Of a stretch of 64,000 bases of DNA, positions 10,276-21,615 are shown one piece after another. The notes under the pieces are model-generated. The model ran no database searches. It had not been told where the DNA came from and saw only the letters and a list, made by a program, of their open reading frames with translations. Every line of letters begins with the position of its first letter. Within the stretch, counting starts at the first letter, position 1. The DNA is from Gaiellaceae bacterium. Lineage in GTDB: Bacteria; Actinomycetota; Thermoleophilia; Gaiellales; Gaiellaceae. The position numbers and the translations under genes are program-made. The DNA is taken from positions 11,709 through 75,708 of the forward strand of contig DASYGK010000027.1 in the NCBI GenBank assembly GCA_035999905.1. Reading direction: 5' to 3'.

Positions 10276-11106
10276 TCAGCGGAATGCTCCGCCCGTGAAC
10301 CCGGCGATGAAACGGTTGAGGAACGCGTTGTAGACGAGCGCAAGCGGAATGCTCGGGATGAGGATCGCGCCCATGATCCCCGGCCAGTTGAAGAGATCGC
10401 CCCGGATCAGATCGGTCGGGACGCCGACGGTGAGCGTGCGGTTCGTCGCGCTCGAGATGAACGTGATCGCGTAGACGAACTCGTTCACGACGAGCGAGAA
10501 CGTGAAGATCACGACGGTCAGGATCCCCGGCACCGAGATCGGGAACACGATGCGCAGCAGCGATCCGAAGCGCGAGCAGCCGTCGATCCGTGCGGCGTCC
10601 TCGAGCTCCTGCGGGATCGTCTTGAAGAAGCCCATCAGCAGCCAGATCGCGAACGGGATCGTGAACGACGGATACACGACGACGAGCGCCCAGAGGCGGT
10701 CGCTGAGATGGAGGTACTGCGCGATCACGCGCGAGAGCGGTAGGAACAGCAGCGTCGGCGGGACGAGGTACGTGAGGAAGATCCCGACCCCCATGCTTCG
10801 CCCGACTCCGCCGGAGAGCCGTGCGAGCGCGTAGCCCGCAGGCATCGAGACGACGAGCGTGATCAGCACGACCATCACGCCGACGAAGCTCGAATTGAGC
10901 AGCCAGCGCACGTAGTCGGTGTGATGGAAGAGGTAGCCGTAGCTCGCGAGCGTGGGGTGGAAGTTCCAGACCTTCTTCGGGTCGTAGACCTGCGCCTCCG
11001 GCTTGAGCGACGTGACGGCCATCCAGACGAACGGGAACGCGAGCACGAACGCGAACGGGATCACGACGCCGTACGAGAACGCCTTGTGCCGCCAACCGCC
11101 CGTCAC
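10276..11106 (-). CDS. Carbohydrate ABC transporter permease (MalG/BPD type)
   Basis: 276 aa, 6 predicted TM segments, EAA-like loop (ELEDAARIDGCSRFGSLLRIVFP). Confidence 0.9.
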   Translation of the reverse strand: MTGGWRHKAFSYGVVIPFAFVLAFPFVWMAVTSLKPEAQVYDPKKVWNFHPTLASYGYLFHHTDYVRWLLNSSFVGVMVVLITLVVSMPAGYALARLSGGVGRSMGVGIFLTYLVPPTLLFLPLSRVIAQYLHLSDRLWALVVVYPSFTIPFAIWLLMGFFKTIPQELEDAARIDGCSRFGSLLRIVFPISVPGILTVVIFTFSLVVNEFVYAITFISSATNRTLTVGVPTDLIRGDLFNWPGIMGAILIPSIPLALVYNAFLNRFIAGFTGGAFR

Positions 11107-11107
11107 G

Positions 11108-12040
11108 TCACGTCACCTCCGCGCGGCGGGCAAAGACGAGCATCCCGATCACGACGACCGCGAGCAGCGGCAGCATGAACAGCGCGATCGCAGCGCCTTC
11201 ACCGATGTTCCCGGCGTTGATGCCCGTCTGGAACGCGTACGTCGTCAGCACCTGCGTCGAGTTGAACGGGCCGCCGTTCGTGAGGATGTACGGAACGATC
11301 ATGTCCGTCGCCGTGAAGATGATCCCGAAGAGGACCGCGACCATTGCGATGGGAAGCTGCAACGGCAGCGAGACGTACCAGAACTTCTTCAAGCCGGTCG
11401 CCGCGTCGATCGCCGCCGCGTCGTCGACCTCCTGCGGGATCGACGAGATGCCGGCGATGAAGATCACGGTCGCGAACGGGATCGTCCGCCACGCCTGCAC
11501 CGTGATGATCGACGACATCGCAGCCTTCGGCGTGCCGAGCCAGTTCGGCAGGTGCTGCGGGTCGACGAGATGCAGCTGGAGGAGGAACCAGTTCCAGATG
11601 CTCGCCTGAGGGTCGTAGAACCAGAGAAAGCCGATCGACGTGAGCGCGATCGGCGCCGCCCACGGCAGCAGGATGAGAAACCGGAGGAACCAGCGGCCGC
11701 GGAACGAGCGCACGAGCGCGTGCGCGAGCAGCCCCGCGCAGACGACCACGACGGCCTGCGAGATCGCGGTGAACGTGAAGGTGTGCCAGAGCGCGCTGCG
11801 GAAGATCGGGTCGTGGATCGCCTGGCGGAAGTTGCGGAGGCCGACCCACTTGCCCGTCAGCGAGCCGGCGGTCGCGTCGGTGAAGCTGAGGTAGATCGCG
11901 AGCACGAGGGGCACCCCGACGAGCGCGCCGATGAAGAGAACGGCAGGGGAGATCAGGAGCGTCGCGAGGAACCCGCGACGTTCCGTGAGGTGCCGGAGCC
12001 GTCCACGACGGCTCCCCCCCGCGGCCGCCACCGCTGCCAT
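11108..12040 (-). CDS. Carbohydrate ABC transporter permease (MalF/BPD type)
   Basis: EAA loop EVDDAAAIDAATGLKKFWYVSLP and multiple TM segments. The track ORF runs to TTG 12079. ATG 12040 (MAAVAAAGG...) is the more plausible start. Confidence 0.88.
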   Translation of the reverse strand: MAAVAAAGGSRRGRLRHLTERRGFLATLLISPAVLFIGALVGVPLVLAIYLSFTDATAGSLTGKWVGLRNFRQAIHDPIFRSALWHTFTFTAISQAVVVVCAGLLAHALVRSFRGRWFLRFLILLPWAAPIALTSIGFLWFYDPQASIWNWFLLQLHLVDPQHLPNWLGTPKAAMSSIITVQAWRTIPFATVIFIAGISSIPQEVDDAAAIDAATGLKKFWYVSLPLQLPIAMVAVLFGIIFTATDMIVPYILTNGGPFNSTQVLTTYAFQTGINAGNIGEGAAIALFMLPLLAVVVIGMLVFARRAEVT

Positions 12041-12073
12041 TCCGAAGGCGACTCTAGAGCCGATCGCAATCCG

Positions 12074-12114
12074 TTGCAAGAAATGCGACCGACCATTTAT
12101 CGTTCGGCCCCGTG
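12074..12114 (+). promoter_or_regulatory. Candidate leaderless promoter of the MsiK-like ATPase gene
   Basis: TTGCAA (12074-12079), 18-nt spacer, TATCGT (12098-12103), 8 nt, then GTG start at 12112. It lies in the only AT-richer stretch of the divergent intergenic region. Confidence 0.4.
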
Positions 12115-13302
12115 GCGGCGATCGAGCTCGACGGGCTGACGAAGGTCTACGGCGACGGGACGCGCGCCGTGCACGAGCTCGACCTCGAGATCGAGGACGG
12201 CGAGTTCGTCGTCTTCGTCGGGCCGTCAGGGTGCGGCAAGACGAGCGCGCTGCGGATGATCGCCGGCCTCGAGGACATCAGCGGCGGCACCGTGAAGGTG
12301 GGGGGCGAGGTCGTCAACGACCTGCCGCCGAAGAACCGCGACATCGCGATGATCTTCCAGAACTACGCGCTGTACCCCCATATGGACGTGTACGACAACA
12401 TGGGGTTCGGGCTGAAGATGCGCGGGATCGATCGCGCCGAGATCCGGCGGCGGGTGGAGGACGCGGCGCGGATCCTCGGGCTCTCCGAGGTGCTGAAGAA
12501 GCGTCCGCGGCACCTTTCCGGCGGCCAGCGTCAGCGCGTCGCGATGGGGCGCGCGATCGTCCGCGAGCCGCAGGCGTTCCTGATGGACGAGCCGCTCTCG
12601 AACCTCGACGCGAAGCTTCGCGTCCACATGCGCGCCGAGATCGCCCGCATCCAGCGCGACCTGAAGGTCACGACGATCTACGTCACGCACGACCAGAGCG
12701 AGGCGATGACCCTCGGCGACCGCGTCTGCGTCATGCGCAACGGGCTGCTGCAGCAGGTCGACCGGCCGCAGGTGCTCTACGACCGGCCGGCGAACCTCTT
12801 CGTCGCGGGCTTCATCGGCTCACCGGCGATGAATCTCGTCGAAGCCGAGCTCGTGGAGCGGGACGGCGGCCTCGCCGCCGTGTTCGGGCCGCACACCCTC
12901 GTCCTGCCGCTGTCCGTGGTCGCTGCGCGCCCCGAGCTGCGCGCGCACGCCGGCCGGAAGATCGCGCTCGGCATCCGGCCCGAGGACATCGAGGATCCGC
13001 TCGGCGCCGGCGCGCCGCCGGACGGGGCGGCTCTCGACGTCACGGTCGACATCAAGGAGGACATGGGCTCGGAGGTGTTCCTCCACTTTGCGGTGCAGGC
13101 GCCGCAGGTGCTCGCGGACGAGTTGCGTGAGATCGTCGGCGACGAGGCGCTCGAGGCGGCCGACGAGCAGACCCACCATGGGAACCCGTTCATCGCCCGT
13201 GTCGGGCGGGGGACGCAGGCGCGGGAGGGGCAGCCGATCCGGCTCGCCGTCGCGACCGGGCGCATGCACTTCTTCGAGCTCGACACCGGCGTCGCGCTCT
13301 AG
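12112..13302 (+). CDS. Sugar ABC transporter ATP-binding protein (MsiK/UgpC/MalK type)
   Basis: 396 aa. Walker A GPSGCGKTS, signature LSGGQRQRVA, Walker B FLMDEPLSNLD, plus a C-terminal MalK-like regulatory domain. Confidence 0.9.
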   Translation: MAAIELDGLTKVYGDGTRAVHELDLEIEDGEFVVFVGPSGCGKTSALRMIAGLEDISGGTVKVGGEVVNDLPPKNRDIAMIFQNYALYPHMDVYDNMGFGLKMRGIDRAEIRRRVEDAARILGLSEVLKKRPRHLSGGQRQRVAMGRAIVREPQAFLMDEPLSNLDAKLRVHMRAEIARIQRDLKVTTIYVTHDQSEAMTLGDRVCVMRNGLLQQVDRPQVLYDRPANLFVAGFIGSPAMNLVEAELVERDGGLAAVFGPHTLVLPLSVVAARPELRAHAGRKIALGIRPEDIEDPLGAGAPPDGAALDVTVDIKEDMGSEVFLHFAVQAPQVLADELREIVGDEALEAADEQTHHGNPFIARVGRGTQAREGQPIRLAVATGRMHFFELDTGVAL

Positions 13303-14138
13303 CGGAACGCAGCCGCGGCGTACTCGAGTGCCGACGGCAGCGTCGCGCGCCAGAAGTGGCCGCGTTCCGCGCGCGGGAGCAGCCAGAGGTCGTGCTGCAG
13401 GCGCAGCGAGCCGAGCTCGCGTGCGAACGAGACCGACCAGCGTCCGAGCACGCCGGCGTGGTTCCCGCCGGCAGAGATGTAGAAGCGGACACCGTCGCGG
13501 TCGAGCGCGCGCGCGTCGCGCCGGACGAGGAGCGCCGGGTCGTGCGCGGCGAGGTACGCGCGCGTGGCGTGCACGAACGGGCCGTCGCGGAACACCGGCG
13601 CGAAGTAGCCCTCCCACGAGCCGAGCGTCCCGAAGATCCCGGGATGCCGGAGGCCGATGTCGACCGCGCCGTAGCCGCCGGCGCAGAGCCCTTCGAGCGC
13701 GCGGCCCGCAGGCGAGGCGACCGTGCGTAGATGCCGGTCGACCCACGGTACGACGTCGCGCACGGTGTAGTCCTCCCAGACGCCCGCCCACTCGCCCGCG
13801 TCCGGGTTCACTCTCGGCCCGGCGACCGGCATCACCGCGATGAACGGCCGGACGCGCCGCGACGCGATCAGCCCGTCCGCGACGCGGGCGAAGTGGAGGC
13901 CGCTCCAGAACGACGCCGGGCTGCCGCGCATCCCGTGCAGGAGGTAGATGGCCGGATACCGGTGCGCCGGGTCGTAGCCGGGCGGCAGGTAGACGGCGCT
14001 CGGCCGCCGGTCGGCGTGCACGAACTGATCCGGGATCCGGCCCTCCCAGACGGCGCCGCCCGCAGGGCCCTTGGCGACGGCGTACCAGCCCGGCGCGGGG
14101 GCGAGGAGCGCGAGTGCGGCGAGCCCGGCGGCGAGCAT
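13299..14138 (-). CDS. Esterase D/Ag85-type alpha/beta hydrolase (putative esterase family), probably secreted
   Basis: YLPPGYDPAHRYPAIYLLHGMRGS block. The nucleophile elbow reads GLCAG (Cys in place of Ser). The track ORF extends to 14210, but ATG 14138 gives a signal-like N-terminus (MLAAGLAALALLAPAPG). Confidence 0.7.
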   Translation of the reverse strand: MLAAGLAALALLAPAPGWYAVAKGPAGGAVWEGRIPDQFVHADRRPSAVYLPPGYDPAHRYPAIYLLHGMRGSPASFWSGLHFARVADGLIASRRVRPFIAVMPVAGPRVNPDAGEWAGVWEDYTVRDVVPWVDRHLRTVASPAGRALEGLCAGGYGAVDIGLRHPGIFGTLGSWEGYFAPVFRDGPFVHATRAYLAAHDPALLVRRDARALDRDGVRFYISAGGNHAGVLGRWSVSFARELGSLRLQHDLWLLPRAERGHFWRATLPSALEYAAAAFR

Positions 14139-14249
14139 CTCCCCCAGTGAAGCGCCGCCCGGGTGAACGCCGTGTGAACCCCGGCGGAGCCTGCCGCCCT
14201 GTCGGTACAATCCGGATACCTAGTACACGGATTGGAGAGTGAACCGATT

Positions 14250-16541
<2,292 letters not shown>

Positions 16542-16543
16542 CG

Positions 16544-16861
16544 ATGCGCTGCCGGCCCTGCCAGCCGCTGCCCGAGGAGGTCGCCCGTGCGGCCGACCTC
16601 CTCGGGCGCCGCTGGGTGCTCGCGATCCTGTGGGCCTCCGCGGAGGCGGGCGCGGTGCGCTTCAACGAGTTCAAGCAGGCGCTCGAGGGAATCCCGCCGC
16701 GGACGCTCGCTGCGCGGCTCGTCGAGCTCGAGGAGGCCGGCGTGCTCGAACGCCGTGTCCTCGACACGCGTCCGCCGCGCGTCGAGTACACGCTGACGCC
16801 GGCGGGCCGCCGCCTCGGTGCGCTCGTCGACGCGATGCGCGCGTACGCGGCACACGCCTAG
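16544..16861 (+). CDS. HxlR-family winged-helix transcriptional regulator
   Basis: 105-aa tail of track ORF 15071..16861, from ATG 16544 (2 nt after the lon stop). LLGRRWVLAILW...RFNEF...GIPPRTLAARLVELEEAGVLERR...PPRVEYTLT is the classic HxlR pattern. Confidence 0.85.
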   Translation: MRCRPCQPLPEEVARAADLLGRRWVLAILWASAEAGAVRFNEFKQALEGIPPRTLAARLVELEEAGVLERRVLDTRPPRVEYTLTPAGRRLGALVDAMRAYAAHA

Positions 16862-16870
16862 ACCGGAAGA

Positions 16871-17938
16871 TCAGGCGGCGGAGCTCAGTGCCGCGATCTC
16901 GCGCTGCTGCGCCAGCCGACCGAGCGCCTGCATCTCGATCTGGCGCACGCGCTCACGCGTGATGCCCATCTCGCGGCCGATGTGCTCGAGCGACATCGGG
17001 TCGCGGTCGGTCTCGAACCCGTAGCGCAGCTTGATCACCATCTTCTCGCGCTCCGGCAGTTGCTCGATCGCGCGGTGGAGCGCATCCTCGCCGAGGCCGA
17101 CGACGACCTCTTCCGCAACATCCGACGACGCCTGCGCGACGAGGTCGCCGTACGACGTGTCGCCGTCGTCTCCGAGCGGCTTGTCGAGGCTCGCGACCGT
17201 GCGCGCCGCATCTCTCGTCTCGCGCACGTGCTTCACCTTCAGCTCCGTCTTCTCCGCGATCTCCTCGTCGGTCGGCGGCCGGTCGAGCTGCGCTGTCAGG
17301 TCGCGCTCGGCGCGCGCGATCTTCTGCTCGCGCTCGGCGATGTGCACGGGGATGCGAATCGTGCGCGCCTTGTTCGCGACGCCGCGCTGCACCGCCTGCC
17401 GGATCCACCACGTCGCATACGTCGAGAACTTGTAGCCGCGGCGCCAGTCGAACTTCTCGACCGCGCGGATGAGCCCGATGATCCCCTCCTGGATGAGGTC
17501 GAGCAGCGAGAGCCCGTGCCCCTGGTAGCGCTTCGCGATCGACACGACGAGGCGGAGGTTCGAGTTGACCATCCGATCCTTCGCCTGCTTGTCGCCGACC
17601 TCGATGAGCTTCGCGAGCTCCACTTCCTCCGCCGCCGTGAGCAGCGGGTAGCGGCCGGCCTCGTTGAGGAAGAGCTGCAGCGAGTCGCTCGTCATCGAGG
17701 CGACCTGCGGATTCGCATACGTCGTCGCCTCGAGATCCGGCAGGCCGCAGTCGTCGGAGATCTCGATGCCGTGCTCGTCGAGGCGCTCGTAGAGCGCGCC
17801 GACCTCCTCGTCGTCCAGCTCCAGCTCCTGCACGAGCGTCGTGAACGCCGTCATGTTGACGCAGCCCACCTCCTCGCCGTGCTCCATCAGTGCGCGCAGT
17901 TGGTCGTGGCTCATGGGTGTCTCATCCCCGCTCGGCAC
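16871..17938 (-). CDS. RNA polymerase sigma-70 factor, RpoD/SigA-like (group 1/2)
   Basis: Regions 1.2-4.2 are recognisable (YLNEAGRYPLLTAAEEVELA, DLIQEGIIGLIRAVEKFD, YKFSTYATWWIRQA, IRIPVH, MSLEHIGREMGITRERVRQIE). The start is either GTG 17938 or ATG 17914. Confidence 0.9.
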   Translation of the reverse strand: MPSGDETPMSHDQLRALMEHGEEVGCVNMTAFTTLVQELELDDEEVGALYERLDEHGIEISDDCGLPDLEATTYANPQVASMTSDSLQLFLNEAGRYPLLTAAEEVELAKLIEVGDKQAKDRMVNSNLRLVVSIAKRYQGHGLSLLDLIQEGIIGLIRAVEKFDWRRGYKFSTYATWWIRQAVQRGVANKARTIRIPVHIAEREQKIARAERDLTAQLDRPPTDEEIAEKTELKVKHVRETRDAARTVASLDKPLGDDGDTSYGDLVAQASSDVAEEVVVGLGEDALHRAIEQLPEREKMVIKLRYGFETDRDPMSLEHIGREMGITRERVRQIEMQALGRLAQQREIAALSSAA

Positions 17939-18011
17939 GCCTCGTAACCGGACCGATGTTCGGAAACCATGAAGTCCAGATCGAGGGTTTCCGGGGCGCT
18001 AGACTCCGGCG

Positions 18012-18293
18012 ATGGCCCGGCACTCGGTCTGGGAGATCGTGTTCCTCATGGTGATCCTCAAGATTCCGATCGTCTATCTCGGCGTGGTCGTCTACCACGC
18101 GGTCAAGGCCGTGCCGCCGCCGGTCGAGGGCGCCGCGGTGACCGCGCGGCTCGGCGGAGACGACGATCCCGGCGCCGGGTGGCGCCGCAACCTTCGCCGG
18201 GGTCGCCCGGGCCCGCACCCGCACGGCGGCCCGACGCGCTCCTATCCACGCGCGCCGCGCATCGCGGCGGCACGCGCACGCGGGAGGAGCTAG
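18012..18293 (+). CDS. Hypothetical small membrane protein (one N-terminal TM, Arg/Pro-rich tail)
   Basis: 93 aa. The hydrophobic segment is WEIVFLMVILKIPIVYLGVVVY. Its 3' end contains GGGAGGAG, and its TAG stop directly abuts the next ATG, which suggests a co-translated pair. Confidence 0.45.
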   Translation: MARHSVWEIVFLMVILKIPIVYLGVVVYHAVKAVPPPVEGAAVTARLGGDDDPGAGWRRNLRRGRPGPHPHGGPTRSYPRAPRIAAARARGRS

Positions 18294-18566
18294 ATGGCGG
18301 AGCTCGACTTCGAGCCGGCCGCCGACGGCTCGCGCCCGTCCGAGACGGTCGCCGGCCTGCTCGCGTCGCTCGCGATCTTCACGAGCGTCATCGCGCTCGC
18401 ATGGCGCCCGCTGCGGCTGCTCCCCGTCGCGATCATCGTCGCCCTCATCGCGGCTGCGATGGGCGGCCGGCACAAGCGCCTCGCGTTCTGGGCCGTGATG
18501 ATCTGCGCCGTCTGCTTCTTCCTCGGCATGACGATCTCCGTCGTGACGAGCAGGCCGCTCTGGTAA
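18294..18566 (+). CDS. Hypothetical membrane protein (3 TM)
   Basis: 90 aa. A strong SD (GGGAGGAG) lies upstream. There are three hydrophobic segments and no recognisable family. Confidence 0.55.
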   Translation: MAELDFEPAADGSRPSETVAGLLASLAIFTSVIALAWRPLRLLPVAIIVALIAAAMGGRHKRLAFWAVMICAVCFFLGMTISVVTSRPLW

Positions 18567-18596
18567 CCGGCGCGCCGCTGCTACAAAGGTTCTCGG

Positions 18597-21422
18597 ATGT
18601 CACGCCCTGACGTCGACGGACTCAATGCGGGCTATGCGGCGCTCGTTCTCGAGCAGTACCTCGACAACCCTGCAGCGGTGCCCGCCGAATGGCGTGCGCT
18701 CTTCGAGAGCGACCCGGAGGCCCTCCTCTCGGTTCAGCCCGGCCTGGCGCGCCTGCTCGATCATTTCCATCCCGCCGAGAACGGGCATGAGCAGGTCTTC
18801 GCCGCTCCGGCGGAGCCGGCGGGGCCCAGCGACGAGCTCGTCGGAGGCGTCGCCGCGGCGATGGCGCTCGTCAAGGCGTTCCGCATGGTCGGCCACCTCG
18901 CGGCGCATCTCGACCCGCTCGGGTCGGAGCCGTCCGGTGACCCGGCACTCGAGCCGGAGCGGCTGATCCCGAAGCTGACCCCCGCGCTGCAGGCGCGCAT
19001 CCCGTCGACCGTCCTCCGGCTCTACGTCGAGGGGAGCACGCTCGCCGAGGCGCTCCCGCATCTGCGGGAGACGTACTGCGGGACGATCGCGTACGAGATC
19101 GAGCACATCTCCGACCACGAGGAGCGCGTCTGGCTCCGCCAGGCGATCGAGTCCGGCCGCTACCGCGACCACCTCTCCGACGACGAGCGTGTCGCGCTGC
19201 TCGAGCGGCTGAGCGAGGTCGAGGGCATGGAGCAGTACCTGCGCAAGGCGTTCCTCGGCCAGAAGCAGTTCTCGATCGAAGGCGTCGACGTGATGGTGCC
19301 GATGCTCGACGAGGCGATCGCGCTCGCCGCCGACGACGGCGCGCACGAGGTCGTGATCGGGATGGCGCACCGCGGCCGCCTCAACGTGCTCGCGCACGTC
19401 GTCGGCCGTCCGTACGACGTCGTGCTGCGCGAGTTCGAGGGCGAGCGCACGATCGACGCCGTGGTGACGAACGACGAGGGCGGCACCGGCGACGTGAAGT
19501 ACCACATCGGCGCCGAAGGAACGCGCGCGACGCTCGCCGGCGACATCACCGTCACGCTCGCGTCGAACCCGAGCCATCTCGAAGCCGTCGACCCCGTCGT
19601 CGAAGGTCGCGCCCGCGCCGAGCAGACGGACCGCTCCACACGCGAGGGCTACCACGACCCGAGCGTCGCGCTGCCGGTGCTCATCCACGGCGACGCGTCG
19701 TTCGCGGGCCAGGGCGAGGTCGCGGAGACGCTGAACCTCCAGAGCCTCGTCGGCTACTCGACCGGCGGCACGCTGCACATCATCGCCAACAACCAGGTCG
19801 GGTTCACGACCGATCCCTCCGACGGGCGCTCGACGCGTTACTCGAGCGACCTCGCGAAGGGCTTCGACATCCCGATCATCCACGTCAACGCCGATGACCC
19901 CGAGGCGGCGATCTCGTCGATCCGCCTCGCGCTCGCGTACCGTCGCCGCTTCGGCAACGACGTCGTCGTGGATCTCGTCGGCTACCGGCGCCACGGGCAC
20001 AACGAGCAGGACGAGGCCGCGTACACGCAGCCGCTGCTCGCCGCGGCGATCGCGTCGCACGCGACCGTCCGCGAGCAGTTCGCGGCACGGCTCGTCGAGG
20101 CGGGCGTCGTCACGCAGGAGCGGGCGGACGCGCTCGTGAAGGACGTCTTCTCGGAGCTGCGCGCTGCACACGAGGCGTTGAAGGAGTCGTTCGGCACCGC
20201 GCCGCAGGTCTCACCGGCCGAGGGACGGATCCCGATGGGCACCGCGGACACCGTCGTCACCGCGGTCGCGGCCGACCGGCTCCGCGGGCTGAACGAGGAG
20301 CTCCTGCGCGTGCCCGAGTGGTTCACGCCGCATCCGAAGCTCTTCAAGCAGCTCGAGCGCCGGCGCGAGACGATCGAGCACGGCGGCATCGACTGGGGCC
20401 AGGCGGAGGCGCTCGCGTTCGCGGCGCTGCTCGTCGACGGGATCCCGATCCGCATCACCGGTCAGGACACCGAGCGCGGAACGTTCTCGCACCGCCACGC
20501 AGTGCTCCACGACGTGAACACGGGAGCGACGTTCACGCCGATGCAGCATCTCGACGAGGCGTCGGCCGCGTTCGAGATCCACAACTCGCCGCTCTCCGAG
20601 TACGCGTGCGTCGGCTTCGAGTACGGGTACTCCGCTGCCGCGCCGGAGGCGCTCGTGCTGTGGGAGGCCCAGTTCGGCGACTTTGTGAACGGCGCGCAGA
20701 TCATCATCGACCAGTTCATCTCCGCCGGCCTCTCCAAGTGGCGCGAGACGTCGCGCCTCACGCTGCTGCTGCCGCACGGCTACGAGGGCAACGGGCCGGA
20801 GCACTCGAGCGCACGGCTCGAGCGGTTCCTCCAGCTCGCCGCACAGGAGAACATCCGCATCGCGAACTGCACGACGTCGGCGCAGTACTTCCACCTGCTG
20901 CGGAGGCAGGCGCTCGACGCGACGGCGCGGCCGCTCGTCGTGATGACGCCGAAGGGCCTGCTGCGGCTGAAGCAGGCGGGCTCGACGCTCGCGGATCTCG
21001 CCGAGGGCGAGTTCATGCCGCTGCTCGACGACGCATCCGCCGATCGCGACCGCGTCACGCGGCTCGTGCTCTGCCAGGGCAAGGTCTACTACGACATCGT
21101 CGGCCACGACGACCACGCGTCGGCATCGCACGTCGCGGTTGCGCGGCTCGAGCAGCTCTACCCGTTCCCGGTCGAGCAGGCGGCGGCGCTCGTGCGCGGC
21201 TACCCGAACCTCCGCGAGGTCGTCTGGGCGCAGGAGGAGCCGCAGAACATGGGCGCGTGGCGTGCGATCCGCCACCGGCTCGAAGAGGCGAAGCCCGACG
21301 GCGTACCGCTCCTCTACGTCGGCCGGCCGTGGCGCGCGAGCCCGAGCGAGGGCTATCCGACCTCGCACCTGCGCGAGCAGGACCGCATCGTCCGCGCGGC
21401 GCTCGCCGAGCCCGCGTCCTAG
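18597..21422 (+). CDS. sucA: 2-oxoglutarate dehydrogenase E1 component
   Basis: 941 aa. N-terminus LNAGYAALVLEQYL, plus blocks GMAHRGRLNVL, HGDASFAGQGEV, QVGFTT, HGHNEQDE and LLPHGYEGNGPEHSSARLERFLQL, all typical of SucA. Confidence 0.92.
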   Translation: MSRPDVDGLNAGYAALVLEQYLDNPAAVPAEWRALFESDPEALLSVQPGLARLLDHFHPAENGHEQVFAAPAEPAGPSDELVGGVAAAMALVKAFRMVGHLAAHLDPLGSEPSGDPALEPERLIPKLTPALQARIPSTVLRLYVEGSTLAEALPHLRETYCGTIAYEIEHISDHEERVWLRQAIESGRYRDHLSDDERVALLERLSEVEGMEQYLRKAFLGQKQFSIEGVDVMVPMLDEAIALAADDGAHEVVIGMAHRGRLNVLAHVVGRPYDVVLREFEGERTIDAVVTNDEGGTGDVKYHIGAEGTRATLAGDITVTLASNPSHLEAVDPVVEGRARAEQTDRSTREGYHDPSVALPVLIHGDASFAGQGEVAETLNLQSLVGYSTGGTLHIIANNQVGFTTDPSDGRSTRYSSDLAKGFDIPIIHVNADDPEAAISSIRLALAYRRRFGNDVVVDLVGYRRHGHNEQDEAAYTQPLLAAAIASHATVREQFAARLVEAGVVTQERADALVKDVFSELRAAHEALKESFGTAPQVSPAEGRIPMGTADTVVTAVAADRLRGLNEELLRVPEWFTPHPKLFKQLERRRETIEHGGIDWGQAEALAFAALLVDGIPIRITGQDTERGTFSHRHAVLHDVNTGATFTPMQHLDEASAAFEIHNSPLSEYACVGFEYGYSAAAPEALVLWEAQFGDFVNGAQIIIDQFISAGLSKWRETSRLTLLLPHGYEGNGPEHSSARLERFLQLAAQENIRIANCTTSAQYFHLLRRQALDATARPLVVMTPKGLLRLKQAGSTLADLAEGEFMPLLDDASADRDRVTRLVLCQGKVYYDIVGHDDHASASHVAVARLEQLYPFPVEQAAALVRGYPNLREVVWAQEEPQNMGAWRAIRHRLEEAKPDGVPLLYVGRPWRASPSEGYPTSHLREQDRIVRAALAEPAS

Positions 21423-21429
21423 CGGCGGG

Positions 21430-21606
21430 CTACTTGCCGCGGATGGTGCGGCGCGCCTGCAGGAGCTTCGACGCGGCCTTCGGGCCGTGCTTGCGGGCGA
21501 GCGTCAGCAGCTGCTTGCGCTGCTTCGGCGGCAGGCGCCGCCAGATGTCGTAGGCCGCGATCGCGAGACCGACGGGGCCGGGGCGGAGCTTGCCGAGGCG
21601 TGCCAC
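21430..21606 (-). CDS. Possible small basic protein (58 aa)
   Basis: Not in the track (below its length cutoff). GTG 21606 lies 9 nt after the stop of the upstream secreted-protein gene and is preceded by AGGA. Translation: VARLGKLRPGPVGLAIAAYDIWRRLPPKQRKQLLTLARKHGPKAASKLLQARRTIRGK. No family recognised. Confidence 0.3.
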   Translation of the reverse strand: MARLGKLRPGPVGLAIAAYDIWRRLPPKQRKQLLTLARKHGPKAASKLLQARRTIRGK

Positions 21607-21615
21607 GGCGCCATC

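Noticed and set aside
16871-17938. Calling the sigma factor the principal housekeeping sigma (sigA/rpoD)
   Set aside because: Regions 1.2-4.2 are RpoD-like, but the protein is short (about 350 aa) with only a small acidic N-terminal region. It could be a group 2 sigma, so no gene symbol was assigned.
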